64,000 nucleotides of DNA, taken from a virus. Location: positions 1 to 64,000 of the IMG/VR virus record IMGVR_UViG_3300009149_000001; one strand, given 5' to 3'. This document shows positions 10,728 through 20,799 of the stretch, one piece after another; position 1 is the stretch's first letter, and every line of letters begins with the position of its first letter. The notes under the pieces are model-generated. The model was given only the letters and a program-made list of their open reading frames with translations, was not told where the DNA came from and searched no databases. The translations under genes and the position numbers were made by a program.

Positions 10728-10952
10728 ATGAAGAAAAATTGTGAACATATAACTCAATGTGAAAAATGCGAGAGCAATATTTGCTCATATTGTGTAGAAG
10801 ATTGTGATGGGTGTTCAATTGAAGCCTGTGAACCCTGCTTTGTAGAACATATGAAGAAATGTGAAACCTGTTCAGTGTTAACTTGTCCACAAAACTTTGC
10901 TGGTAAAATGTGTTTATCCTGTGATGCTCAAGCTAATATGAAGGTATATTAA
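10728..10952 (+). CDS. Cys-rich zinc-binding protein
   Basis: Multiple CxxC pairs in 74 aa. Confidence 0.6.
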   Translation: MKKNCEHITQCEKCESNICSYCVEDCDGCSIEACEPCFVEHMKKCETCSVLTCPQNFAGKMCLSCDAQANMKVY

Positions 10953-10953
10953 T

Positions 10954-11691
10954 ATGGAAATGTGGGGCAAGAATGTTGAGTCAGTGTGGAGATCAGCAAA
11001 TACTTTACTAGAAGTTGGTTGTAAAAATACTTTAGTTATATTATCAGGGGGAATGGATTCCGCTACTTGTTTGGCATTGGTTAAGTATATGAAACCAAAG
11101 TCAATGCATGCTATTACTTTCGATTATGGACAAAAACACAATAATGAAACACTCCAAGCTCAGGAGATTGCTAACAGGTTCGACGTCGGGTGTACTGTTA
11201 TTGATCTTAATAATCTCGCTGATCATTTCAATACGGCTCTCGGGAAAAATTCAACCTTAGAGATACCTGAAAACCATGTAGAAGGTGAAGTTCCTAATAC
11301 ATATGTACCTTTCAGGAATACAATCATGTTATCAATTGCTGCAGGTTATGCAGAGAGTTGGGGATATGAACAAATTGTATATGGTGCAAATGTAATAGAC
11401 TATTCTGGCTATCCAGATTGTAGACCTGAATACATTGATGAGATGAATGATGTATTAAGAATACATGGTTCACTATCTATTCAAGCACCAATTGCATTAT
11501 TAACAAAGACTGATGTAGTAAGACTTGGTGAAAAACTACAAGTACCTTGGGAATTAACATGGAGTTGTTATAGAGGTGGAGAGAAAGCTTGTGGCAAATG
11601 TCCAAGTTGTAAGTATAGGAAAATGGGATTTGATGGAGCACAAGTTAAAGATCCAATCACTTATGAAGGACCTAGCGACTCTCAAGAGTAG
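10954..11691 (+). CDS. queC: 7-cyano-7-deazaguanine (preQ0) synthase
   Basis: LSGGMDS, FDYGQKH, TYVPFRN, YPDCR, TWSCY...CGKCPSC. Confidence 0.97.
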   Translation: MEMWGKNVESVWRSANTLLEVGCKNTLVILSGGMDSATCLALVKYMKPKSMHAITFDYGQKHNNETLQAQEIANRFDVGCTVIDLNNLADHFNTALGKNSTLEIPENHVEGEVPNTYVPFRNTIMLSIAAGYAESWGYEQIVYGANVIDYSGYPDCRPEYIDEMNDVLRIHGSLSIQAPIALLTKTDVVRLGEKLQVPWELTWSCYRGGEKACGKCPSCKYRKMGFDGAQVKDPITYEGPSDSQE

Positions 11692-11903
11692 AGGGTTTGG
11701 GCGAAGAGCCTTTATGGAGAAGAAGTACTATCTATTAAAGAAGTATGGTTTAATTAAAATGGATGAAGATTTATGAATATAAAATATTGCCCTGGTTGTA
11801 GACAAGGTTGTTTCAATGAGACACCTCTAAGTAACATATGGTATTGCCAAGCCTGTAAATTAAGAATTTACATATCATCAGTTGCCAAAGTGGAAGTTAA
11901 ATA

Positions 11904-12572
11904 ATGAAAAAAGAATATGAACTGATAGTAGACAGTCGAGAAAAGAGTAATGCTACTGATGTATTAGATAAAGCAGGTATTGCATATACTAAAGAGGCTT
12001 TGCCTACTGGTGATTATATGATTAGAGTCCCTGAAGGAGAGATCACAGTGGAAAGAAAACAAATGACGGACTTTATAGGATCTTTAATGAGTGGAAGACT
12101 TGAAGAACAACTCCGTAGACTCAGTGAGCATAAAGTTCCTATCCTTGTTATCACTGGATCATTCTCTGACTACAAGCGCTTTGCTAAATTCAAACACTTT
12201 AGCCAGGAGCATGTCGAGGGTGCAATCGCAAGTTGTGTTGTCAAGTTCGGACTTAGAGCTGTTATATGGATTCAGTCAGCACAAGACAATCCGCACGCTG
12301 CAGGAATTAAGATTACGACTAAGATCTTACAAAAGATCGCTGAAGGTAAGATTGATCAAATGCCTGATAGGAAACTCAAACGATTTAAAACAGACGCTCC
12401 ATCATTGGACATCGTACGAATGATGTGCGGTGTAAGTGGTGAAACTGGTAAGAGATTACTAACTAATTTTGGTTGTATTAAGGGAATTATAAATGCAACA
12501 GATGAGGAATTACTCAAAGTTAAAGGAATGGGTAGAACTAGAATTGCCAAGTTAAGGAAGGTATCAGAATAA
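11904..12572 (+). CDS. XPF/ERCC4 structure-specific nuclease with (HhH)2, short form without helicase
   Basis: VDSRE, GDY, VERK..DF; C-terminal HhH pair with KVKGMG. Confidence 0.93.
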   Translation: MKKEYELIVDSREKSNATDVLDKAGIAYTKEALPTGDYMIRVPEGEITVERKQMTDFIGSLMSGRLEEQLRRLSEHKVPILVITGSFSDYKRFAKFKHFSQEHVEGAIASCVVKFGLRAVIWIQSAQDNPHAAGIKITTKILQKIAEGKIDQMPDRKLKRFKTDAPSLDIVRMMCGVSGETGKRLLTNFGCIKGIINATDEELLKVKGMGRTRIAKLRKVSE

Positions 12573-12847
12573 TGAAAAATTGCACAACCTGCAAAGGACG
12601 AGGTTACATATTGAGACCATTTATCACAAGTGAAAAAATTGTTTGTGAATGCGGTGGTTGTGGGTGCGTAGACTAGTGAAATGTTTAACTTGCCCGACAA
12701 GGGGTAAACCTAGAAATTTTAAATGTTGGTTAGAATGGCAACAGTGTAATACCTGTGCTCGACGTGACCATCCTGAGTTTTATAAACAGGGGTATGATAT
12801 GCAGAGGATCCGGGTAAGTCAAAAATCAAGGAAATTATTAATTAACA

Positions 12848-13099
12848 ATGAATCGAAATAGCACGCAAATAATGGGTGAAATATTAGAGATCTCGCAAGA
12901 GTCTGTCCCTACTAGCACTATACTTCGATCCGTTAATCTACCACATCCCAGGTTCAAGGGATTTGTAACAAAATTAATTGAATCAGGGTTGTTGGTAAAA
13001 ATACAAAACAATTATGTGATTACAAATAATGGAAGAATCTACCTCAGCGAGTATAAGAAATTCTACAATCTTGCAGGCAACTTCGGATTGGAACTCTAA
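12848..13099 (+). CDS. Archaeal winged-helix regulator (HTH_45-like)
   Basis: R..TQIMGEILE...NL...LIESGLL...YVITNNGRIYL. Confidence 0.85.
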   Translation: MNRNSTQIMGEILEISQESVPTSTILRSVNLPHPRFKGFVTKLIESGLLVKIQNNYVITNNGRIYLSEYKKFYNLAGNFGLEL

Positions 13100-13403
13100 G
13101 ATTCCAGCTTGTAGATATTGTGGTACTAAAGCTAATTCAGATACTATTTTAAAACATCAAGGACTGCCCGACAAGTGTCCTAATGGTAAATGCAGAAGGT
13201 TAACTTCATATCTTACAGACAGTGAGATAAAGTTTAATGAAATAAAACGATTAGAAGGAAGATGGAAGAATCATGTTAAGAAAGAAGCTAAGGTGATTCC
13301 CAAGTCTTATTTATGTTTAGAATGTGAATTAATATATGAAACCGAATCCCTCCTCCAAAGACACTGTGAAAGGCGTCGACACATGCAAAGGCCCAGCAGT
13401 TGA
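13029..13403 (+). CDS. Zinc-finger protein with C-terminal C2H2
   Basis: CRYC..CPNGKC and CLEC...HCERRRH; start uncertain. Confidence 0.55.
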   Translation: MEESTSASIRNSTILQATSDWNSKIPACRYCGTKANSDTILKHQGLPDKCPNGKCRRLTSYLTDSEIKFNEIKRLEGRWKNHVKKEAKVIPKSYLCLECELIYETESLLQRHCERRRHMQRPSS

Positions 13404-13618
13404 TTGTTTAGATTGTCAAGATTTACATTTTAAATCTATTGCACATGAGTGCCACTGTCATTATGATAAGAAACAGTTACCTAATCTTGGTGAATTTATT
13501 GATGCAAAACTAGAAAGCGTATTTTATGTAAGAGATCAAGAAACCAAAGACTTGGTTGGATTACGATTAATGTTTGATAATGGAAAAGTTTTAACAATTA
13601 AAACTACAGAGGTACAGG

Positions 13619-14776
13619 TTGCCAGACGTATATAAGGAAATAATACTTGAACTCGAAAAAAGACACGTTGCTGACGCAAGAACAATTGGACCATTCTACA
13701 TCTCAAGCATGGCAACTCATATGCTCAACATTGTTAATCAGACCAAGAGAATCTATACTGAAGGAGGATTGCCTGCCAATCTTAGACAGCATATACTCTA
13801 CGTTGCTCCTCCAGGATTTGGAAAGTCTTATTATGTTAAACAATTCTTAGAACATGAAGACTATTCAATTTTAAAAGGTGTAACCTCATTTCCTGCCTTC
13901 TTTGAAGGTTCAATGACTGAGGCTGGTTTAATTGGTTCTATTGACCCTGCGACACCTGGCCAACCTCCTCGTAAGATGTATGGCTTGGCTGGCGGTGAGG
14001 GTTCTAATGCTATTGTTGGCATGGAAGAATTTGCAGCAATTACTAATTCTATGGTTCAAGAGTACAATGCTGGTCTTGATACTGCTTTACTTACTATGCT
14101 TGATTCGGGTATAGTCAATAAGAGATTAAGAAATGGAGATTTAAAATATACTAGTAACATGACATGGTGGGCTGGAACACAACCAGCTAGATTTGACCTA
14201 TCATCAGGGTTAGCAAGGAGGTTTATCTTTGTAACCAAGTATCCAAAGTGGGATGACTTTAAATTAATGTCACAAAGACGCAGAGCTGCTAAGGGTATTA
14301 CAAAGTCTGCGCAAAGTAGTAAGATTTTACACGATATATTAGATCAAAGGTTTGCTTTGATCAGACAAAACGTAACTGGTATCAAATTTAAGGACGAATT
14401 TTATGAATTAATGGATAAAAAGAAGATTATCCACTATGAAGAAGCCTTGTATGAGAGATTAGCCATCGGGTATTGGGCTATGAAAGAGGTATCTTTGAAT
14501 GGGGACATCGAAGTCAGACTAGATCCTGAGTTAGAACGCATAATAGAGATCGAACATGACAATAGAAAGCAAATTAAGAAAGGTGCAGTGTCATCTATGG
14601 TTTGGAACATAGTTAAAGACCTACAAAGTATCGGTAAGAAGGAATTAATGGATAAGTTGCTTGATTTGTCTATGGATTATGATGAAAGTCGGTCAATATT
14701 GAACAATTTGCTGGCTTTAGGATATTTAAAATACAATTCAGAGAATGATACGCTCATTCCTAAGAGAAGAAAATGA
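13619..14776 (+). CDS. MCM-like AAA+ ATPase, putative replicative helicase
   Basis: Walker A APPGFGKS, MTEAGLIGS, Walker B GMEEF, arginine finger GLARRF, C-terminal wHTH-like segment. Confidence 0.75.
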   Translation: MPDVYKEIILELEKRHVADARTIGPFYISSMATHMLNIVNQTKRIYTEGGLPANLRQHILYVAPPGFGKSYYVKQFLEHEDYSILKGVTSFPAFFEGSMTEAGLIGSIDPATPGQPPRKMYGLAGGEGSNAIVGMEEFAAITNSMVQEYNAGLDTALLTMLDSGIVNKRLRNGDLKYTSNMTWWAGTQPARFDLSSGLARRFIFVTKYPKWDDFKLMSQRRRAAKGITKSAQSSKILHDILDQRFALIRQNVTGIKFKDEFYELMDKKKIIHYEEALYERLAIGYWAMKEVSLNGDIEVRLDPELERIIEIEHDNRKQIKKGAVSSMVWNIVKDLQSIGKKELMDKLLDLSMDYDESRSILNNLLALGYLKYNSENDTLIPKRRK

Positions 14777-15042
14777 TTGAATATGAGCCACGGGGCCATT
14801 TGACCTTAGGCTTTAAAGATAAGTGGATATGTACATATTGCGATGTGTGGATCCCATTGATCTACTTTTTAAGACTAAGAAAATAAACAACTTGTGTATA
14901 CCATTTTTATAAGGGTAAATTTATAAAGTATTATGAAAGAGTGTGCTAATCACTATTACCAACCTAATGGATCATGTTATTGTATTCATTGTGGAAAATT
15001 AAAAAATTAAGATTATAGTCCTTCGACTCTATGATTAAAAAG

Positions 15043-15321
15043 TTATTCGCTTTTTAATTGGCCAGCTAAGGTTACTAATTTGTTACCCAAGAAGCTTGTA
15101 CCTATTACTGATACGAATACAGTAATTGCATTTGCGTCTGTGAGTTCCACATTTAGTCCTTCGATGACTACTAATGCTGCGAGTGTTGCTATTCCTAGTG
15201 AATATGCAAATTTTCTCCATACCCAAGCTTTGCTCTCATTACCGAGTGCTGTTAAGCCTGAGACAGTTAAACCTGCAATACCGGCCAGTATTAGTGTTGT
15301 TGTCATGTTTTCAAAAACCAT
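15043..15321 (-). CDS. Small three-TM membrane protein (holin-like candidate)
   Basis: Three hydrophobic helices; last gene of the structural operon. Confidence 0.55.
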   Translation of the reverse strand: MVFENMTTTLILAGIAGLTVSGLTALGNESKAWVWRKFAYSLGIATLAALVVIEGLNVELTDANAITVFVSVIGTSFLGNKLVTLAGQLKSE

Positions 15322-15335
15322 TTTTGTTCTCTCCT

Positions 15336-17507
15336 TTAACTTTCAATTGATTGATTTTGAATCTTTCTCAAGATTGCTTCAATCACGCCTGTTAGCGATA
15401 CAGATCTTAATCTTACGATCCCTGTATCAGTAGATTCTAAACTCAATTTAACACTTGAGGGAGATGCATTTATCTCCATTATTCGAAAATTACCTTGAAT
15501 TTGTTTATCAGGTTGGTATATGGGGAATGTGTCTCCCGTTTGTAGATTAGAACGATTAAATTGCGTTAAAGGAACCTCGCCTTTAATGGTTGGAGTTAGT
15601 TTATTAAATTCATTTAACAGAGTAGTTGCAACAGCAGTTAGTTGGGTTACATCAGTTAGTTGATTGTTGGCAACAGTTTTTTCATAATCAAATCTTAATG
15701 TGGTGAGTGATGAAACATTATCAGTAATTTGAATACCTGAATCACCATCTCTCTTACCAATAATATTAATTTCATTACTAAAGTTATCAACTGAAATTTC
15801 AGGAGTGGATGTGATAGTGATATCAAGTGGTTCAGTTACTACTTTTCCTTTTGTACCCATATAAACTATGAAAGATCTATTATCAAACCATACATCTTTG
15901 CCTAAGATCTCGCCTAAAACATGGAGAGCATCAAAGTGATTCTTATAAGGGAAGGCTGCAGTGACAACATCAGTTGGAAAATCTACATCTAATGACCATA
16001 CTTGGGGCATAGTAGTGTCAGCGTTTGCTGAGGCTATAATATCACCGGCAATAAGGTTTGCAGCTTTTTTATATTCCTCATGATCAGTTAAGAAGATAAC
16101 ATCACTGTTTGCATTCTCCATGGCATATTGGGTTTTAATAATGTGGATAATATCAGCTGGTGGGACTTTCATAAATCTAATTTCTTCTAATTCACCATCA
16201 GTGGTGGCAGTCTGACCAGTGTTGTTACCAATGATTAGATTGTTACCAGCATCTGAATCTGCTGTAGTGCCAGGTGCTGTTGTCTCAGTTAAAGTGGTTA
16301 AATCAACAGTTCTTGCTACACCGTTGATGTAAATGGTAGGGTTATTTGCCGCAGATGAATCATCATATTCAATATCTAATCGAAAAGGTGCGAGTATTGG
16401 TATGTCAACTGCTGTATCCCATTGGGCAGTAGTAGCGGCTGCATCCCATTCATTTTCAAATCTAAGTCTTACATTACCGGCAGTGTCTTGATCTTGGGCA
16501 ATAACACGCCATGATCCTTTACCAATAATCTCACCAACACTACCTTCACCATCAGATGTCAAGTCAATCCACATAGTTAACCAACCGTTAGCGGCATATA
16601 GATCATCAATTGTTGCACCACTAGCACAGTCTATTTTAGAATTAAGGGCATCAAAGGAGGCAGCATCAGCTATCTTACCTGTTACATAACTTATAGAAGT
16701 ATCAGTACCATCGTTATTATTTTCAGTAGAATCTAAAGAGGAGGAGTGAAGGTGCTGTACCATGTTGTACCCAAAAGTAGTCAAGGTAGTAGCACTGTCC
16801 ACTGTATAACAATTCTTCCAAACATTAACTATATCTTGTTGATTTGATGCTGCTGCATTATCATAGTAGATATAGAATTGAAAGTTTGAGGTGTCAGACA
16901 CTTTAGGTACCTTAGCCCATATGACTAATTCACCCGTGGTTGTATCGTACTTTTCAATTTCATGCGGAATAATTGTTACTCCATCCTTCTGAGTGATGAC
17001 AAAGTCATCGCCATCAGCTTGTGCATTGTTTGCGAAACTTGTGTTTGAGGGTATATTAATTAGTAATGGGAAATCTTTTATTTCGTCGGCCACTTTGGTT
17101 TTTAACACTAAACACTTTCTCCTGTGTAACCATAAAGGGTCCATCCATTTATCATCAGTATAGTTTAATTTCTTTTCACCATCATTAGTAAAGACTTTGC
17201 GAGTTAAGTGAAATGCTTTCTCACATACATCGACAATCATCAGACTAGGCGTTTCTGCCCTGCCACAAATCACACCATAGAAAGGAGTTAGAAATGGTAA
17301 GAATATTGATCGCTCTATTTGGATGTTTGCCTGTGCAAATTCATCATTAGGAATAGTTGTTTGAAATGTTTTAATTTGATTAAGTTTATCTTTTAAAATC
17401 CAATTAGATGTTTTATCAAATTTAGCTTTCGCTTTGAATGGCTGTTGCCCAACCACTCCAGCTGTATCAGCTGCATTGAATTTTATAATTGTAGTTATTT
17501 GTGTCAA
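15336..17507 (-). CDS. Tail tip/hub protein with inserted DUF2341 and LamG-like domains
   Basis: DFPLL...DGDDF...IPHEIEKY...IWAKVP...YIYYDN; LIIGN...DGELEEIR. Confidence 0.75.
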   Translation of the reverse strand: MTQITTIIKFNAADTAGVVGQQPFKAKAKFDKTSNWILKDKLNQIKTFQTTIPNDEFAQANIQIERSIFLPFLTPFYGVICGRAETPSLMIVDVCEKAFHLTRKVFTNDGEKKLNYTDDKWMDPLWLHRRKCLVLKTKVADEIKDFPLLINIPSNTSFANNAQADGDDFVITQKDGVTIIPHEIEKYDTTTGELVIWAKVPKVSDTSNFQFYIYYDNAAASNQQDIVNVWKNCYTVDSATTLTTFGYNMVQHLHSSSLDSTENNNDGTDTSISYVTGKIADAASFDALNSKIDCASGATIDDLYAANGWLTMWIDLTSDGEGSVGEIIGKGSWRVIAQDQDTAGNVRLRFENEWDAAATTAQWDTAVDIPILAPFRLDIEYDDSSAANNPTIYINGVARTVDLTTLTETTAPGTTADSDAGNNLIIGNNTGQTATTDGELEEIRFMKVPPADIIHIIKTQYAMENANSDVIFLTDHEEYKKAANLIAGDIIASANADTTMPQVWSLDVDFPTDVVTAAFPYKNHFDALHVLGEILGKDVWFDNRSFIVYMGTKGKVVTEPLDITITSTPEISVDNFSNEINIIGKRDGDSGIQITDNVSSLTTLRFDYEKTVANNQLTDVTQLTAVATTLLNEFNKLTPTIKGEVPLTQFNRSNLQTGDTFPIYQPDKQIQGNFRIMEINASPSSVKLSLESTDTGIVRLRSVSLTGVIEAILRKIQNQSIES

Positions 17508-17702
17508 ATATTACAGTTAGGACATATGACGTTACCGTCAATTACAGGTGCATTAGTATATCGTGTGTGACACTTATTACAATACCCCGATTGGCTAACC
17601 TCTGATTTGTTATAACTAATGACTTTAGGAAGTTCTTCTTTATCTACGAAACCTGTAACGGCTAAGTCTTCTTCTTCAAATCTATCTTCACTGGACATAA
17701 CT

Positions 17703-17819
17703 CTAATCGCTCACTATCATATATAATTGCACAGGGAACTCATAACTAAAGACTGGCCGTTCTCTAGTGTCTGAGGCTCCAATTTGATCAAATTTAATAA
17801 TAGTTGTAATTGTGGTCAT
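17703..17819 (-). CDS. 38-aa ORF whose N-terminus duplicates that of the 723-aa tail protein
   Basis: MTTITTIIKFDQ versus MTQITTIIKFNA; ATGA overlap with upstream gene. Confidence 0.5.
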   Translation of the reverse strand: MTTITTIIKFDQIGASDTRERPVFSYEFPVQLYMIVSD

Positions 17820-18379
17820 CGCCAAATAAACGCATAAGATATTAGAGCTGCATCACCGGAATTAAGAACTATCCCAGCTGCTAAAACACCTCGTGCAAAT
17901 AAATCACCTGTCACATCTGGGGTAAAGAATATAGCTAATTCGTTAATAGTTTGAGGTCTAGTATATTTTGTTGAACTAATAAAACCATCAATTGTTATAT
18001 GAAATGGTGATGAAGATGATCTAGTTTGAGATGTTGCAGGTATACGATCAGCTGTGGTTAAAGGGGTTTCAGTATCAGTATCACCAATGACTGGTGTAGT
18101 AGTACCTGAACCTGGTTCAATGAAACCAATATCTAAATTAGTTACTTCTGCTCCAACTAAAATATCACCCATATGTTTAAGTCCCACATCAGTTAAAATA
18201 TTATAACCAATTTGTTTAGATTTTGACCCATCTGGATGAGTAATTATAACTTGTAATTTTCCATATCTATGAATGAGCCCTAATTTAATACCAGCTGATA
18301 CTATGAAAGTTTGAACACGTCTAGGTAATTTACCATACCAATGAGATTTAGATATTCTAAAATTGTCAGTAATATTCAT
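17816..18379 (-). CDS. Putative tail structural protein
   Basis: NILTDVG...GSGTTTP..DT.....INELAIF pattern typical of tail-fibre-proximal proteins. Confidence 0.65.
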   Translation of the reverse strand: MNITDNFRISKSHWYGKLPRRVQTFIVSAGIKLGLIHRYGKLQVIITHPDGSKSKQIGYNILTDVGLKHMGDILVGAEVTNLDIGFIEPGSGTTTPVIGDTDTETPLTTADRIPATSQTRSSSSPFHITIDGFISSTKYTRPQTINELAIFFTPDVTGDLFARGVLAAGIVLNSGDAALISYAFIWR

Positions 18380-18388
18380 AATAATTAA

Positions 18389-18643
18389 CTAAGGCTTACC
18401 AGCTTTATGATCTGAATGGCCCTTCTTACCATTATGATGATGATGATACTCATGTAAAAGGTCTATTTTAGTAAATACCAGTACGTGTATTATATATGAT
18501 GAAGCAATTCCAATAGGCCAAAACACGGGATCCCCTTCAAGAGCAATATACCAGGCAGCTAGAACTGAGGCTTCAAATATAATATGAAAGCCTACTTTGA
18601 TAACATTCTTTGTAAAATGCTCTTTCCATTTCCAATTAGTCAT
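18389..18643 (-). CDS. Small membrane protein with His-rich tail
   Basis: Two TM segments; HEYHHHHNGKKGH. Confidence 0.55.
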   Translation of the reverse strand: MTNWKWKEHFTKNVIKVGFHIIFEASVLAAWYIALEGDPVFWPIGIASSYIIHVLVFTKIDLLHEYHHHHNGKKGHSDHKAGKP

Positions 18644-19410
18644 TTCTTTTTAATTATTAATGCATTCAATGCAATTGATATACCAGATATATCCTCTTTT
18701 TTAATAATAGCTGTGACTTTAGGCTTGCTAGGTGATCTGTCCACATTGCCTTCAAATGGAACATCACATATAATATTCTTGCAGGGGATAGAACCTATTT
18801 CTTTATTATCTTTCATGTACGTACAATACCAAGTATTTTCATGAATATTGTAACGAAGTGAAATATGATCAAAATCTTCTTTAATTGATTGTACTATCTG
18901 ATTTCCTATATCCCCCTTGCCAGTAAGTACAAATTCACCAGGCTTTACCTCATCCAATATCTCAATATCCTTCTTGGCTACAACAAATCTACCATGCCAC
19001 ACACCATCTTCCCAAGACATTGTACTAAACGGACAGTTGACTTTGACATTATCTGCAATATAGTTGAAAAGATGTTTATTATTTACATCCATGAAATTCA
19101 ACATCCATTTATGATTATTAGGATCGCCTTCGGCGTAAATAAATCCAATCTGTATGTGATCATAAACCATTTCAGAAGTTAATAAATTTGTATTTTTATA
19201 TTTCTTTGCAATCTCCTTAAGAGACATCGAGCCTTTGGGAGTTTCTACACCTTGATAATCATTATCAAAGTTTACAAAGTAAAATGGCTCTTTATCATTC
19301 TCAATATCAATAAATACCTTCGGAATAATCTTGAACTTTATTATGTGCCCAGTTTCTGTTTTAATCTCTATAATATGTTCATTAGATTTTATAGGTTTAA
19401 ATAATGTCAT
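18640..19410 (-). CDS. Hypothetical protein
   Basis: Long ORF; start placed at MTLFKP to avoid a long overlap. Confidence 0.6.
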   Translation of the reverse strand: MTLFKPIKSNEHIIEIKTETGHIIKFKIIPKVFIDIENDKEPFYFVNFDNDYQGVETPKGSMSLKEIAKKYKNTNLLTSEMVYDHIQIGFIYAEGDPNNHKWMLNFMDVNNKHLFNYIADNVKVNCPFSTMSWEDGVWHGRFVVAKKDIEILDEVKPGEFVLTGKGDIGNQIVQSIKEDFDHISLRYNIHENTWYCTYMKDNKEIGSIPCKNIICDVPFEGNVDRSPSKPKVTAIIKKEDISGISIALNALIIKKK

Positions 19411-19468
19411 ACTTTTTCTATTACTACAACCTCTGTACTTAAAGACTTGTGATCTAAACAACTTTACC

Positions 19469-20005
19469 TTATGATTTGATATTGTCAAAAATACAATCGG
19501 CATACGGGCCATCTTGGTTGACATAATGAAAAAAGCCTTGGGCTTGATACTTGACTCTTTTATCAGCTTCCTGTCTCCAGTGGGTTAATTCACATCCCAT
19601 GTAAATTAATCCGTCACCAGGTTCTAAAATAACTTCGTAATCCTTATCATCACTTCCTGTAATCCATATTGGCCAAGAATAATCTCCATCATACCCCAAA
19701 TTCATAGTGACGGACACTTCACAGGCTGGTCTATCTTTATGTGGTGCTAACATGGATATGGCATTATATTTTCTAGAATAATTGTATGTTGGATATAATT
19801 TATAATCGGTAAGTTTTTCAATTTTTGGTAATAGCCTAATATGTGTTTTATTAAGTTCTATATTGTTGTAAAATGCCGGAGCACCAGGAGTTAGTCTATC
19901 ATCTTTCCCAGTTAATTCTCTAAAATATTCTAATAAATTTGGAATGTCTTTGGTATGATTATTAACATCATATAATCCTCGGACTACAAGAAATCCAAGA
20001 TTCAT
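19469..20005 (-). CDS. 2OG-Fe(II) oxygenase
   Basis: HKDRPACE...LEPGDGLIY...HWR. Confidence 0.85.
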   Translation of the reverse strand: MNLGFLVVRGLYDVNNHTKDIPNLLEYFRELTGKDDRLTPGAPAFYNNIELNKTHIRLLPKIEKLTDYKLYPTYNYSRKYNAISMLAPHKDRPACEVSVTMNLGYDGDYSWPIWITGSDDKDYEVILEPGDGLIYMGCELTHWRQEADKRVKYQAQGFFHYVNQDGPYADCIFDNIKS

Positions 20006-20694
20006 TGATATTTATACGATCCTTCATTGATAGATAACCAAAAGTTAATACTAAATCGCCCATCCTCAAACTTATTGCCCAACAACTTTACCGTTTCAAC
20101 AGCATGCCATGTTGTATCAGATTGAAATATAACTGCTCTATTATGTTTAGGTTGAATTTTGAGTGTATCAGATAAATTATTTCCTGCCAATATTAATTCA
20201 CCTCCTTCGAATTGTTCAGGTTCATTGTTTAAATAATAACACAAAGTTACCAGTCTACTGTTGGTACCCAGTGATCGATCTGTATGATATCCATAGAAAT
20301 CACACATTCCGTAACGTGAAAGAATAGTCTCCGAGTAGTTAGTAGAATTTAATATATGAAAGAAGCCTTTGTTCGTAATTGATTTTAGGAACATAGGATG
20401 TAGTACTTCATCATGAAGTGCCTTTAATATCACTGATTTTTCTCTTTTATTTTCGTATAATGTATCTAAATATACGACATCATTCTGTCTGATTTTTTGT
20501 TTGTCATATTCTATTTCTTTTAGACAAGCATCACAGCCATCTTGAGCATGTGCAACACCTCGTGTTTTAGCAGGTACGTAAAATGTTTCTAATCTAGAAC
20601 ATTCTTCCAAACAAGCTTGAGCCAACTTTGGGGATAAAAAATTATCAATAATGATGTGAGGTTCTGGTGAATCGTAATAGTTAAAAGTTTTCAA
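20002..20694 (-). CDS. 2OG-Fe(II) oxygenase (prolyl-hydroxylase-like)
   Basis: YHTD...YYL...FEGGEL...PKHNRAVIF...WHAV...RFSINFW. Confidence 0.9.
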   Translation of the reverse strand: MKTFNYYDSPEPHIIIDNFLSPKLAQACLEECSRLETFYVPAKTRGVAHAQDGCDACLKEIEYDKQKIRQNDVVYLDTLYENKREKSVILKALHDEVLHPMFLKSITNKGFFHILNSTNYSETILSRYGMCDFYGYHTDRSLGTNSRLVTLCYYLNNEPEQFEGGELILAGNNLSDTLKIQPKHNRAVIFQSDTTWHAVETVKLLGNKFEDGRFSINFWLSINEGSYKYQ

Positions 20695-20799
20695 ATTCTT
20701 ATATGTCCATTAATTGTAATTCTAGTTCCATATTTAATAGGTTTGACCCTATGAGGTATCCATTACGACAATTATAATTATTTTGTCTAATACACTCAT
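20691..20799 (-). pseudogene. Internally deleted 2OG-Fe(II) oxygenase remnant
   Basis: ATG start (MSVLDKIII) joined out of frame to WIPHRVKPIKYGTRITINGHIRI-stop; 109 nt; overlaps both neighbours by 4 nt. Confidence 0.65.
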
